Numbered from the stretch's first letter, positions 19,566-29,923 are shown. The stretch: 52,518 nt of DNA from an uncultured Methanosarcinales archaeon (GCA_964647565.1 CAZYIM010000018.1:1-52518); one strand, 5' to 3'. Notes: generated by a model from the sequence alone, not told the origin. A program made the numbers and translations.

Positions 19566-19972
19566 TTCTTTAGATAATGCAACTGTTCTCCGATACCCAA
19601 TCCTTGCATCGGGATCTCGTAATGGTTGATGCTTGGTGTTAGGAATCTTCTGTATTGCTTTCCTGCTAAGAAGATGAACTGATCTGTTTCCAGGTTGGAC
19701 TCTTTTTTTAGTTGGTCTATGACTGTATCTGCCCAGGTTCTTACTTCTGATATTGACAGGCTGTTTAAAGAAAGGTTATAGGGTTCTATTATTGTTTTTG
19801 GTTTTAGAAGATGATGCTTTGCAGAGAGGATAAATGTCTTTTTTGGCTTTAATGTCTTTGCGTATTTTAGACTGAGTTTGAAAAGATGACTGTTGTAGAG
19901 GTCTTCTGCTCTGGATGATATTGGTTGTTTGGTCTTTGAGCAGGCGATTAGTACTATTTTATCCAGCATCAT
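19544..19972 (-). CDS. DUF6884-like protein
   Basis: LIACSKTK, AEDLY.S.LF, FILSAKH, IEPYN, FLAG..Y, PMQGLGIGEQL. Confidence 0.7.
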   Translation of the reverse strand: MMLDKIVLIACSKTKQPISSRAEDLYNSHLFKLSLKYAKTLKPKKTFILSAKHHLLKPKTIIEPYNLSLNSLSISEVRTWADTVIDQLKKESNLETDQFIFLAGKQYRRFLTPSINHYEIPMQGLGIGEQLHYLKNHSLTNS

Positions 19973-20075
19973 TACAGAAGGGAAGTGGAAAGAGTATAAT
20001 AATTTATCCTATAACAGTTACGAATATTTTTAGAAAGATATTTATACCCCTTTGTAAAATATAAATCAATATAAA

Positions 20076-20432
20076 ATGGATAATTTTTATAAGCTAGTAA
20101 CCATAGCTAAAAATAAAATTAGTAATCCAGACGTTATAGTAAATGGATATGATTTAACCTTGGAATGGATTAGCCCGAAGCTTTCTAAAATAATCGGATA
20201 TGATGAAGCTGAAATAAGAGAGAAACAAACCATAGCTTTACATTCAGATTCTCCTGAACAAGCAAGGCAAACTGAAATGGCTATATTAACAACAGATAAT
20301 AAAATAATCAAGGAGATTTCTGTAAAAACTAAAAATAACGAGTTGGTCAATATTAAATTCAATATCTGCCATTTTTCTTTTGAAGAAGATCCATTTATGG
20401 TGGGTAGAATTCTTGATTGGTCTCAAGCTTGA
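20076..20432 (+). CDS. Stand-alone PAS-domain protein
   Basis: WISPKLSKIIGYDEAEIR...LH, KTKNNE.V.I PAS/PAC pattern. Confidence 0.7.
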   Translation: MDNFYKLVTIAKNKISNPDVIVNGYDLTLEWISPKLSKIIGYDEAEIREKQTIALHSDSPEQARQTEMAILTTDNKIIKEISVKTKNNELVNIKFNICHFSFEEDPFMVGRILDWSQA

Positions 20433-20512
20433 GTTAAATCTTATTCATATTATCTGAAAAGTAGTGACAAAACCGATATGATTATAAATAAGTGACTATT
20501 AGCGATGTAAAA

Positions 20513-21187
20513 ATGAGTAAGGAATTAATGCAAAAACATGCTGAATTCAAGATTTACCCAGGAGCATATCTTAGTCAGATGGCCCAGATAGAGGTTGACG
20601 GATTAAAAGGTTTGTCAATAAGTCAATTAATGATGCACAGGTTAGTGATCAAACACCCTGATGTGCCTTCAGAAGTATGGCGGCTATATGAAACTAAAAA
20701 CTTTGATTCAAGCGATGGTATAGCCATACATCCTGACAATAAGGCCAAATTAGTCAATTTCTATGAACTTCCTGCTGATGTCTTAGAAGGCAGCAGACAG
20801 TCCATCCCATTATTAGATGGCGCATATGAAGCCATTGAAAAAGACGAGTTCAATCCTCATGACTTGCTTACAAAAAGAATATTACCTCTCGCAGATTTGG
20901 ATAAAAATCATGTATGGGATAAATTAGCTACAAGCCCTGTATTAAAGACATTTCTTGAAGAGTATGCATCGAAAAGATATGATTCTCACGCTATGGGCAT
21001 ATATGAAACCTGTCTTGAAACTGGTGTCCCAATCTGGGTCCCATGGACATTAGCTGAAGAGGTAAGATATTCCTGCATTGGTGCTTTTGAGTCAATGGAC
21101 AAAAAAGACGGCATTATTCTTGCAGCCAATCAGCCCACCATTGATAAACTGGAACAAACCTTTAATTCTATGTACAAGAAAGAATAG
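20513..21187 (+). CDS. Hypothetical protein
   Basis: Long ORF; start uncertain (GTG 20492 or ATG 20513). Confidence 0.65.
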   Translation: MSKELMQKHAEFKIYPGAYLSQMAQIEVDGLKGLSISQLMMHRLVIKHPDVPSEVWRLYETKNFDSSDGIAIHPDNKAKLVNFYELPADVLEGSRQSIPLLDGAYEAIEKDEFNPHDLLTKRILPLADLDKNHVWDKLATSPVLKTFLEEYASKRYDSHAMGIYETCLETGVPIWVPWTLAEEVRYSCIGAFESMDKKDGIILAANQPTIDKLEQTFNSMYKKE

Positions 21188-21214
21188 TTCTGATTAGAAG
21201 TTCTTGAAAAGGCT

Positions 21215-21952
21215 TTAATTTGAAGCATTCCATAACAAATCAAACCATTTTCTGTATGAATCTGCTATATCTTGGTTTATGATCATAAAACAGATGGGAT
21301 TATCTCTTTTCCATAAAACATTTACAACCCTGTCCGCATAGACATTTATTACAGCAGGGCTTGAATATTCTTTTGAAAGAAATCTTGCTTCCATAAGTTC
21401 AAGTTTTGTTATTGGTTTTCCTTTTACATCCGCATCATAGAGGATTTTCCATTTTATTCTATTTTTCACCCTTAACTTATTAAAATTAGGGAAAAAATAT
21501 TTTAGAAACTTATCCTCCCTACCAACAGCCCCAATCAGATACAAAGTTTGCTTTTGTTTTAAAATGTCTTTTCTTATTGTCTTAAATCCCTCCTTGCCAG
21601 CAAAAACATGGGCTTCTGCATGCGGCGCCAAAGGTGAAATTTGTTTTTTAAGTTCAGGAATAATCTTTTTTATTCTGGATTTTCTCTCATTCAGTTTTTC
21701 TTTTTGCTCTTCAATAAAAGAAAGCAATCTCTCAGGATCAGTAGCTTCAAAATACTTGATGTTATTTTTAATAACATAAGAAACAAGGCCTTTCTCAGTT
21801 AATCTGCTTATTGCTTCATAAATTCTGCTTCTATGAAGATCAACTAGTTTCATCAGATCTCCCACTTTAATAGAACCTGATTTAAGCAAAGTTGTATAAA
21901 CATTTATCTCGCTGTTGGTCAATCCGATTTCCTGGAGTAATTTTTCATCCAT
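21215..21952 (-). CDS. TrmB-family transcriptional regulator
   Basis: LQEIGLTNSEINVYTTLL, HRSRIYEAISRLTEKGLVS, YFEATDPERL, SYRKWFDLLW. Confidence 0.9.
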   Translation of the reverse strand: MDEKLLQEIGLTNSEINVYTTLLKSGSIKVGDLMKLVDLHRSRIYEAISRLTEKGLVSYVIKNNIKYFEATDPERLLSFIEEQKEKLNERKSRIKKIIPELKKQISPLAPHAEAHVFAGKEGFKTIRKDILKQKQTLYLIGAVGREDKFLKYFFPNFNKLRVKNRIKWKILYDADVKGKPITKLELMEARFLSKEYSSPAVINVYADRVVNVLWKRDNPICFMIINQDIADSYRKWFDLLWNASN

Positions 21953-21998
21953 ATTCTGTAAAGGTTCTTTATTTCTTTATTAATCTTTTTAAATTGAT

Positions 21999-22030
21999 AA
22001 TTGTAGTCTCTTAACAGGATGACAAATATT
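21999..22030 (+). promoter_or_regulatory. 32-bp upstream element, copy 1 (candidate TrmB operator)
   Basis: AATTGTAGTCTCTTAACAGGATGACAAATATT, 28/32 identical to 22536-22567. Confidence 0.65.
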
Positions 22031-22078
22031 GATATAGTCCAACGAGTACCAATAATTTAATTATAACGACATGGGATA

Positions 22079-22507
22079 ATGAGGGGAATAACACCACGAA
22101 CAAGTTTTATGGTATTCGATGATAGATTTTTAGTTTTAACTATATTCAAAGAAAGATTGAATTCTACACGACATAATAAATTATATGATATGCTTAATGA
22201 GGATGACTTCCTCTTTTATGAAGGCACCACCTCTTATCTATTATACGAGCATAAACTGGTCTATTTAGGCAATGGCAAACCCTTTGAAGATCTAACCAAT
22301 TATAAAAATTTTTTATTATCAAGATTGGGTTTCATAACTGTAAATGACATCAAATCAAAGCATATTAGCAATACTCAACAGATAAGTCGTTTAATTCCTG
22401 AACATCCCATATTTCTAGTGCATGATCCTTATCATCAGAACCAGATAAACAAAAAAGATCAATTAGTGCAACATCTCAGAGAGAACTATGGCTACAAATC
22501 TATATAA
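22079..22507 (+). CDS. Hypothetical protein
   Basis: 142-aa ORF divergent from TrmB. Confidence 0.6.
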   Translation: MRGITPRTSFMVFDDRFLVLTIFKERLNSTRHNKLYDMLNEDDFLFYEGTTSYLLYEHKLVYLGNGKPFEDLTNYKNFLLSRLGFITVNDIKSKHISNTQQISRLIPEHPIFLVHDPYHQNQINKKDQLVQHLRENYGYKSI

Positions 22508-22535
22508 AATGAAAACAATGCCAACTTAAAACCTA

Positions 22536-22567
22536 AATTGTAGTCTTTTCATAGGAGGACAAATATT
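22536..22567 (+). promoter_or_regulatory. 32-bp upstream element, copy 2, before the ABC operon
   Basis: AATTGTAGTCTTTTCATAGGAGGACAAATATT adjacent to a TATA-like TTTATTAA. Confidence 0.65.
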
Positions 22568-22604
22568 TATTAACTGATGCACAGTTCACTTATTGGTGAT
22601 TATT

Positions 22605-23609
22605 ATGAATAAAAAACAGAAAATAGTATATGGCACAGTACTAGGCTTGATCATTGTAGTGTCTCTAAGCCTACTTTTAATAAACCAAGATAGTCCAACC
22701 GGAACAGTTGTCTATTCAGAAAAAATAGATTTAGCAATAAATCCGATAGCTAATTCTGCCCTGGTTTTCATAGCAGAAGAAAAAGGATATTTTACAGAAC
22801 AAGGATTAAAAATAAATTATCATAATTTCCCAACAGGCAAATTAGCTCTAGATGCTTTAATTGGCGGCGGGGCAGATATTGCAACAACAGCAGATGTGCC
22901 AATTGCCTTAGCTGGTCTGGCTGATCAGAAAATATCCGCTATAGCTACAATAGAATATTCTACTGATAATATCCAGGTTGTGGCAAGAAAAGATGCAGGA
23001 ATTAGATTGCCTAAAGATCTGAAAGGAAAAAAGATTGCAACAACTAAGGGCGGAGGACCATTATTCTTTACATATAAATTTCTCGAAAGACATGATCTGG
23101 ATACTTCAGATGTAAAGTTAGTGCATCTAAAACCAAGCGATATGGTGATTAGCTTAATCAAGGGCGATATAGACGCATTTATTGTTTTTGAGCCAAGCCC
23201 ATCAGTTGCAATAAATGAATTAGGTGTTGACAAAGTCACTATCTTTGCACCAGATGATCTTTATGGGGAAACATGGAATATTGTAGTGATGCAGGACTTT
23301 GATAAAGATATAACAAACAAGTTCCTAAAAGCCTTATTAAAAGCAGAATTATTCTTAAAGAAGAATCCCAAGACTTCATTGGATATTGTGTCTGAGTACT
23401 CTGAAACAGAGAAAAGTATCTTGATAGATATAATGAAGAAGCAGAACTATGGTGTGGTCTTGAATAATGTGCTTACTGATTACTTAGATGAAGAGGCCCA
23501 GTGGGCAATTGATCAGGGTTTAAGCTCTAATAAGGACATCCCTGACTATTGAAGCTTCATCAACACTGATTATTTGACTGAATTAAAACCTATAGCAGTT
23601 ACAATATAG
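22605..23609 (+). CDS. NrtA/SsuA-family ABC substrate-binding protein with an in-frame TGA at 23550-23552
   Basis: FIAEEKGYF.EQGL, DLKGKKIA, GDIDA...EP; frame continues for 18 codons (SFINTDYLTELKPIAVTI) to TAG 23607-23609. Confidence 0.85.
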
Positions 23610-23617
23610 AATATCAG

Positions 23618-24376
23618 ATGAAAAAACAATTTTATTTTATTGTTTCTTTTTTTATCTTTTTAGTAGCTTGGCATCTATCCATCTCAATATTTAATATCAA
23701 TCAAACATTATTCCCAACGCCTATAGGTGTTTTTTATTCTTTTAAAGATTCAACTGAAATCTTTTCGGATGTAACTATCAGTCTGATTAGACTATTGATA
23801 GGAAGCATAATAGGAATAATGACAGCCATCCTTTTCGGGATGATCACAGGGCATATCTCAAACATCGATAATACATTCGGACAAATATCAAACTTTCTTA
23901 GATTCATACCCCCTTTAGCACTCATTCCCTTATTCCTGGTTTGGTTTGGTATTGGAGAAGTTTCAAAAATTTCATTATTGGCATGGACTTGTTTTTTCCC
24001 AACATGGATTGCAGTACATAGCGGGGTAAAAAATATTGAGACAAAATATTTATTAGTGGCTAAAAGCCTGAATATTAAAAAACTCTTCTTTATGAAAGAT
24101 ATTGTCTTGAAAGGATCAATGAATTACATCTTAAGCGGCGCGAGAGTGGGTGTGGGTTTTGCATTTTCAGTACTTGTGGCTGCAGAAATGCTAGGCGCTT
24201 ATTCAGGAGTTGGATATAGAATTTTCTTTCTCCAATCAGTTTACAGAATAGACAGGATGGTAGGATATATCATCATATTAGGTGCAATCGGATTAATTTT
24301 AGACAGATTGTTCCTGATAATCTCGAGAAAATTAACACCTTGGAAAAATGAAAATCAGATTAGAAAATGTGAATAA
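23618..24376 (+). CDS. Nitrate/sulfonate-type ABC permease
   Basis: LFPTP, RFIPPLALIPLFLVWFGIGE, LVAAEMLG. Confidence 0.9.
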   Translation: MKKQFYFIVSFFIFLVAWHLSISIFNINQTLFPTPIGVFYSFKDSTEIFSDVTISLIRLLIGSIIGIMTAILFGMITGHISNIDNTFGQISNFLRFIPPLALIPLFLVWFGIGEVSKISLLAWTCFFPTWIAVHSGVKNIETKYLLVAKSLNIKKLFFMKDIVLKGSMNYILSGARVGVGFAFSVLVAAEMLGAYSGVGYRIFFLQSVYRIDRMVGYIIILGAIGLILDRLFLIISRKLTPWKNENQIRKCE

Positions 24377-25052
24377 GAGATTTGGAACTCTGTGTGTTTT
24401 GAAGAACATATCATTTAATGTATTAGAAGGGGAGTTCATATCAATAATTGGTCCTTCAGGCTGCGGCAAAACAACCTTGTTACATTTAATCCAGGGTTTT
24501 TCAGAACAATCCAGCGGCTCTATTGAAACCTACGGTGAAAAAGGCTTTGTTTTTCAGGATCATAGTTTATTTCCGTGGAAAACAGTAAAAGAAAACATCG
24601 AGGTAGGTCCCATCAACAAGGGGAAAAACAAAGACGTAATTAGAAAAATAACAAAAAGCCTGATTAAGGAAATTAATTTGAAAGGATTCGAGAATCATTA
24701 TCCAAACCAGATCTCAGAAGGAATGAAACAGCGTGTTGGAATTGCGAGAGCCCTAGCAAATAATCCTGAAATATTACTTATGGATGAACCATTTGGTTCT
24801 TTGGATTATTTTACTAGACTCAAAATGCAGGATTTCATACTAAAAGTGAAAAAAGAAAGAAAGTTGACCATCTTATTTGTAACGCATGATATCGATGAAG
24901 CCATAAAGTTATCGGAAAGAATAATTGTGTTGAGTAGATTACCTTCAAGAGTCATAGAGATTATCAAAGTTAATCAAGATCATAGTAATTTAAAGAAAAG
25001 AATACTGGATTTAACAAAGTTTTTTAAAGAAAAAAACATTCCCAATCTATAA
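24348..25052 (+). CDS. Nitrate/sulfonate-type ABC ATP-binding protein
   Basis: GPSGCGKT, VFQD..LFPW, signature ISEGMKQR, LLMDEPFGSLD, FVTHD. Confidence 0.9.
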   Translation: MKIRLENVNKRFGTLCVLKNISFNVLEGEFISIIGPSGCGKTTLLHLIQGFSEQSSGSIETYGEKGFVFQDHSLFPWKTVKENIEVGPINKGKNKDVIRKITKSLIKEINLKGFENHYPNQISEGMKQRVGIARALANNPEILLMDEPFGSLDYFTRLKMQDFILKVKKERKLTILFVTHDIDEAIKLSERIIVLSRLPSRVIEIIKVNQDHSNLKKRILDLTKFFKEKNIPNL

Positions 25053-25053
25053 G

Positions 25054-25623
25054 ATGATAATAGGAAAATCACAAACAACGGAATTGGTCATTGTTGAAGG
25101 TAATGTTACAGAATCAGGCATGGATGCTATTGTAAATGCTGCCAATAAAGAGCTGGCTGGCGGCGGAGGGGTAGATGGTGCAATACATGACGCCGCAGGA
25201 GAAACGGATTTATATAACGCAGCACAAGCAGCTAAAGCCAAAAAAGGCTGGGATATTGTTCCAACAGGCGAATCTGTCATAACATCCGGATTTAATCTTT
25301 CCAAGTTTAATACTCAATACGTGATTCATACAGTAGGACCTATACAGGATGTTAATGGAGATCAATCATTAAACCTACTCGAGGATTGCTTTAATACTAG
25401 TTTGACCTTGGCTGAACAGCAAGGAGACATCAACACAATAGCATATCCTCTTATCAGCACAGGAGTCTATGGTGTTCCAATTGCAACCTTTGCACAAGCA
25501 GCCAAGAATGTGCTACCTGGATATGACTTTCAGAATGTGGAAAAGGTTGCTATCTATGTCTTTCCAGGACCACGCACTCAAGCAGAAGCAATGCCAACTC
25601 TCAAAAGAATTTTAGATATGTGA
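25054..25623 (+). CDS. Macro-domain protein (MacroD / ADP-ribose-processing type)
   Basis: DAIVNAAN..LAGGGGVDGAIH, VIHTVGP, IAYPLISTGVYG. Confidence 0.92.
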   Translation: MIIGKSQTTELVIVEGNVTESGMDAIVNAANKELAGGGGVDGAIHDAAGETDLYNAAQAAKAKKGWDIVPTGESVITSGFNLSKFNTQYVIHTVGPIQDVNGDQSLNLLEDCFNTSLTLAEQQGDINTIAYPLISTGVYGVPIATFAQAAKNVLPGYDFQNVEKVAIYVFPGPRTQAEAMPTLKRILDM

Positions 25624-25700
25624 TGAGGGATTCTTTCCATGTTGAAAGAAATCTTGGATTTTTCGATAGAGTTATAAGTTGATGAATTATTATTCTGTAA

Positions 25701-26861
25701 ATGAAACTCAAGTCAAATATTTGGAAATTTTTTCTGATTATATTGACCAATAGGAGGAATTACATCCCTATTCTCTCTATTTATTTCCTAACCCTCCCCA
25801 ATGCCACGGCCCAGCAAATAGGATTGTATACTGGACTTGGCTGGATTGTGGGCTTCTTGCTTGAAATTCCTTCTGGCTATATCGCAGATAAGTTCGGCCA
25901 TAAGAAAACCTTGATTCTGGCTAAGTTTTTCATGTTAATCTCAACCCTATGCTTTATTTTTGGCAACTCATTGCCTTATTTTATTTTAGGCTCTTCTTTT
26001 ATTGCACTGGGTTTTGCATTTACATCCGGAACAAAAGGGGCTTTTTTACACAATACACTCGTCGGATTGAAGAGAGAAGAAGAGTATGGAGAAATAAATG
26101 GAAAAATTGGAGCCAAGGCTTCATTGGTTTCAGCTGCCATGATTCTGTTATTGCCTCTATTAACCAAGATTTCATTGATTATGCCTATTCAAATATATCT
26201 AATCTTTGATGTTATTGGCATCATAACAGCTTTCTCTTTGTGCATTCCCAAGATAAAATATGGTGTTGAAGATGAAAAAGGAGAGAAGATACTATCGCAA
26301 CTAAAGAGATTCAGGGGAACCGGATTTTATATCGCCTCGTTGTTTGTGGGTGTTATTGGCGGTTTTATAATTGGAATTTCTCCATTTAAAGAACCCTTTG
26401 TTGTATCCTTAGGATTTCCAATTGTTTTTATCGGTTCTATAATAGCAGTTTCAAGAGTGGTCTGGTATGTTGTTGGACATAATCTAAAAATTCTGAAAAG
26501 ATTGAAAATTAAAAGGTTGCTTTTTTATGAGATATTCTTCTTTTCAGGATTATTTTTAATTAGTTCTCAGTTAAAGAATCCTTATCTGATTGGTTTGTTA
26601 ATCGCATTATTGATTGGATACTATCATGCTCGCGGACCTATAATCGAAGAATATTTCTTAAAACATTTTTTAATAAACAAAAGATACAAGGCGACCATGC
26701 TCTCAATCAAGATGCAGATCTGCAAATTAGTTCAGGCAGGCTTTGCTTTGGCTATAGGCTTTGTTATGACTGTTTCCTTTGGTCTAGGCTTCTTGGTTTC
26801 GGGTCTTTGCTTGTTGGTTCTATTATTAGGTATCTATCCCTTTGTCAGAAGATATATTTAA
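25701..26861 (+). CDS. MFS transporter
   Basis: LEIPSGYIADKFGHK (motif A), SGT..A, RYKATMLS, about 12 TM segments. Confidence 0.88.
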   Translation: MKLKSNIWKFFLIILTNRRNYIPILSIYFLTLPNATAQQIGLYTGLGWIVGFLLEIPSGYIADKFGHKKTLILAKFFMLISTLCFIFGNSLPYFILGSSFIALGFAFTSGTKGAFLHNTLVGLKREEEYGEINGKIGAKASLVSAAMILLLPLLTKISLIMPIQIYLIFDVIGIITAFSLCIPKIKYGVEDEKGEKILSQLKRFRGTGFYIASLFVGVIGGFIIGISPFKEPFVVSLGFPIVFIGSIIAVSRVVWYVVGHNLKILKRLKIKRLLFYEIFFFSGLFLISSQLKNPYLIGLLIALLIGYYHARGPIIEEYFLKHFLINKRYKATMLSIKMQICKLVQAGFALAIGFVMTVSFGLGFLVSGLCLLVLLLGIYPFVRRYI

Positions 26862-26885
26862 ATAAATATTCGCATTCCTGCTTCT

Positions 26886-27926
26886 ATGATGTTAAACATT
26901 CACCAAACCATCCAGGATAGGGCAGGCGAAAAGATCCATAAGATTATGCCCATAGAAAAGGATGTGCGCACTTTAGATGAACTTGCAAGACTGGTAATGG
27001 ACAATCCGCCAGACATGAACAATCTGGGCAGATATGAATATGCTAGAGAGCTAGGTTATTGCCTGCCATTCACAGGACTAGACAATGTTGCCAAGGAGTT
27101 TGGCAAGGAGACTTTAATCTTTATTTACCAGGAACTTGGATGTGAGGACTCTTTTGAAAACCTGCAGGTCAATATCGGTCGGATATATGAAAAAAATGGT
27201 TGGATAGATAAGAATCTGTTAAGGTTAGCCAGGAGCGCCTGGTCATACAAACCAGGTCTGCATCTTTGCAAGAGTGGTGAAGTCAGACAGCATGTGAGGC
27301 AGAACTATCTGGTATTGGATCAGGTAAAGGATTTGGTCATTCCTAAGGACTATTTAGATGAATCTCTTCTTAAGCATAAGCGAGGGGAGAAGATCAAAGT
27401 TGAAGATTATAGTACAGAAATCGCCTTCCCAAGAGTGGCCTATGGCAGGCATCCAGAATACGGCTTTGTACAAAAAGAGGCTGAGATATCCTATGAACTG
27501 TTTGTAGATGGATTGTTCGGAGTTATCCTTAAGTTCAGAGAAGAACCGAATGCAATTGTTTCATTTTTAGTAGATGATCAATACTTGAAAATAAGCCATC
27601 TGCAGGGTGTAAATCCCTATTTGATCAAAGGTATTGATATTGATAAAACCCTGAAAGAAGATACTCCTCGGAGCAGCCCCAAAGGCCTTTTCAATATCAA
27701 GACAAAAGACGTACTTTTCGAGATAGGTAAGTATGTACAAGGTCAGTTGAATATGAAAATAGCAATCCAGAGCGGACATAACAATCCAAGGACAAAACCA
27801 GATAAGGATGATCGCAAGATCCATCTGCCATTAGAAGAAGCCTTGAAAATTTATGATACCTTTGCAGCGGATCATGAATTTGATCAGGATGCTAAGAGCA
27901 AGGATTGGTTCTTGAGAAATAATTGA
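26886..27926 (+). CDS. Hypothetical protein
   Basis: 346-aa ORF; ISHLQG weakly recalls VirK/YbjX-type proteins. Confidence 0.65.
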   Translation: MMLNIHQTIQDRAGEKIHKIMPIEKDVRTLDELARLVMDNPPDMNNLGRYEYARELGYCLPFTGLDNVAKEFGKETLIFIYQELGCEDSFENLQVNIGRIYEKNGWIDKNLLRLARSAWSYKPGLHLCKSGEVRQHVRQNYLVLDQVKDLVIPKDYLDESLLKHKRGEKIKVEDYSTEIAFPRVAYGRHPEYGFVQKEAEISYELFVDGLFGVILKFREEPNAIVSFLVDDQYLKISHLQGVNPYLIKGIDIDKTLKEDTPRSSPKGLFNIKTKDVLFEIGKYVQGQLNMKIAIQSGHNNPRTKPDKDDRKIHLPLEEALKIYDTFAADHEFDQDAKSKDWFLRNN

Positions 27927-27927
27927 T

Positions 27928-28167
27928 TTAAACATCAATGTGTGGCTGGTTATCTTCATTAATCTTTTTATATCCGTCCCTGGTATGCTTGTAAATCTGG
28001 GTGGCCCAGAGTTTATATCCACTTCTGGCATAATTCAATTGTTTTTGTTTAAGAAAATCATTGACTTCTTTAGGAGTGTCGAAGAATTCAGGTCGTGCAT
28101 GGTCTCTGCTATCTACGCTATCATCTATACTGACACATCCATAATCAACTCTATAAAGTTTTTCCAT
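27928..28167 (-). CDS. Small hypothetical protein
   Basis: 79-aa ORF with TATA-like element upstream; abuts the convergent gene. Confidence 0.55.
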   Translation of the reverse strand: MEKLYRVDYGCVSIDDSVDSRDHARPEFFDTPKEVNDFLKQKQLNYARSGYKLWATQIYKHTRDGYKKINEDNQPHIDV

Positions 28168-28198
28168 AGTAAAGGGCGATATAAATTATTATATAAAT

Positions 28199-29923
28199 CT
28201 ATTCTATATTGATCTTTTCTCCAGCGAGCTTGTAGAAGTGTATCTTGTTTTTTTCCTGGCTGGTATAGGCCAGGATGCCGTCAGGGCTTATTGCCATTGA
28301 CCTGAATGATGCCCCGCCGCCTGGAAAATCTTCTGGATAGACATGTGTCACGAACTCGCCCTCTTCTTTGCCTTTGATATATCCATGGATGCTTTGTGCA
28401 GCCTCTTCCTTGAACTTGGTCACTGCATATACAATCCCGTTTTTAGTTATGCAGTGGTTGGATGGTATTGGCGAACCAATGCCCTCCTTGCCTCTGATCA
28501 TAGGAAATGCATTTTCCCATGCTTCCTTGGTCAAGCTTAGGTCTGCTGTAAAAATCTGTTTAGAGATTTTGAAATATAGTTCGTTTCCATGGACTTGGAT
28601 TCTGGGGGTATCGTCTTCCATACCACTACTGCTGCCTCCGCTTGGGCTGTATCCTAATGGTACGCCTATTATCTTTTCGCCATCTGAAGCAACTATCACG
28701 TTGTTGTAGCATTTCGGAGACCACCGCGGTTGAAGGGCGAAGTAGAAGATGCCATCGTTCTCAACAACCTGGAAAATCTCATGGTCCGAGCTTATTACAT
28801 CCTTTATCTGTACTTTTGCATCCTCGAACTTCGACTCATTTTCGCGTAGTTCCTCCAATACCATGGAAAATCTTCTAGAGTCTCCGTTGACATAGATGAT
28901 ATCATCGCTTCCTACTGTCAATGATCCCTGGAAGTTGAAGCACATTCCAGCCGCGCCGTCAAATCTTGAGTGAAGGTCTGCATTCGCCGTCATTTGCAGC
29001 ATACCTTCTTTGTCGTAGACTTGTAAGATCATCCTGGTATCATAATCTTTGTTGTCAAGGTCAGTATTTCCTCCCAGGACAACCAATCTTTCATCTGATG
29101 CAAAATCAATGGCATACGGTACGATGTTGAGTTCCAATGTTTTGTCTGGCAGTAGTTGTGGCTGCGATATCTTATGTTTCTCTGTCAATGCTTTATCTGT
29201 TTTCAGGTGTTGCTCCAGATCTTTTTTGTATTCAGAATATCTGTTGTGAAAAGCATTATTCAAACCATGGATTCCCTCGTTCCACATAGAATCATCCCTG
29301 GTGTCATACGCGAATTTGCCCTTGAACATGGTGTTGAAGTAGCCCAGACCAAAGTCATCAATTTCCATGAGAGTTTTTCTTATTTCCGGCCTTCCAAACT
29401 TAAGGCCTTTGGCCTGGAGCAAGCCTGGCAAGATGGTTGAATCGGTTGTAAAATCAAAATGATACTCTTTGTCTACCTCGATACCTTTTCCTTTTGTTAA
29501 GGCTTTGTATGTATCATTGTCCATCTTGAACATGGTCATTGCATCTTCTTCATTGAGCTCATCTATAGACTTGCCCAGCAGTTTTGTTATGCGTTCTAAA
29601 GATTCGTTTTCACGGGTTATACGCATGTCCATAAAAAAGGCAGGATGGTCTTTTATCATGGAAGCATTTTCAATATCTTTTTCTTTATTAATCTCATAGT
29701 AGAATACGAGACTTAAATCACTGGGTATTACAATATCCTTGATGGTCTCTGACAAGAAATTAGTCAGGTCACTAAACGTCTTTTCTTTCAACTGTTTTTC
29801 GTTGAATTTCCCAGCATATTCAGTGATCCCTTCTCTTAATTTTTGGATCCTTTCGTAATTAAGCCCTCTTATTGATCGTTCAAAATATTCATCTCGCTCT
29901 TTCTTTTTTTTCATGACAACCAC
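28199..29923 (-). CDS. Hypothetical protein with probable C-terminal beta-propeller
   Basis: Blade-like repeats: AIDFASDERLVV, LTVGSDDIIYV, HCITKNGIVY, MAISPDGILAY. Confidence 0.65.
   Translation of the reverse strand: MVVMKKKKERDEYFERSIRGLNYERIQKLREGITEYAGKFNEKQLKEKTFSDLTNFLSETIKDIVIPSDLSLVFYYEINKEKDIENASMIKDHPAFFMDMRITRENESLERITKLLGKSIDELNEEDAMTMFKMDNDTYKALTKGKGIEVDKEYHFDFTTDSTILPGLLQAKGLKFGRPEIRKTLMEIDDFGLGYFNTMFKGKFAYDTRDDSMWNEGIHGLNNAFHNRYSEYKKDLEQHLKTDKALTEKHKISQPQLLPDKTLELNIVPYAIDFASDERLVVLGGNTDLDNKDYDTRMILQVYDKEGMLQMTANADLHSRFDGAAGMCFNFQGSLTVGSDDIIYVNGDSRRFSMVLEELRENESKFEDAKVQIKDVISSDHEIFQVVENDGIFYFALQPRWSPKCYNNVIVASDGEKIIGVPLGYSPSGGSSSGMEDDTPRIQVHGNELYFKISKQIFTADLSLTKEAWENAFPMIRGKEGIGSPIPSNHCITKNGIVYAVTKFKEEAAQSIHGYIKGKEEGEFVTHVYPEDFPGGGASFRSMAISPDGILAYTSQEKNKIHFYKLAGEKINIE

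Noticed and set aside
23550..23552. TGA reassignment or selenocysteine
   Set aside because: TGA ends many intact genes here (for example 13523, 20432, 25623), and the position is not a Cys or redox motif
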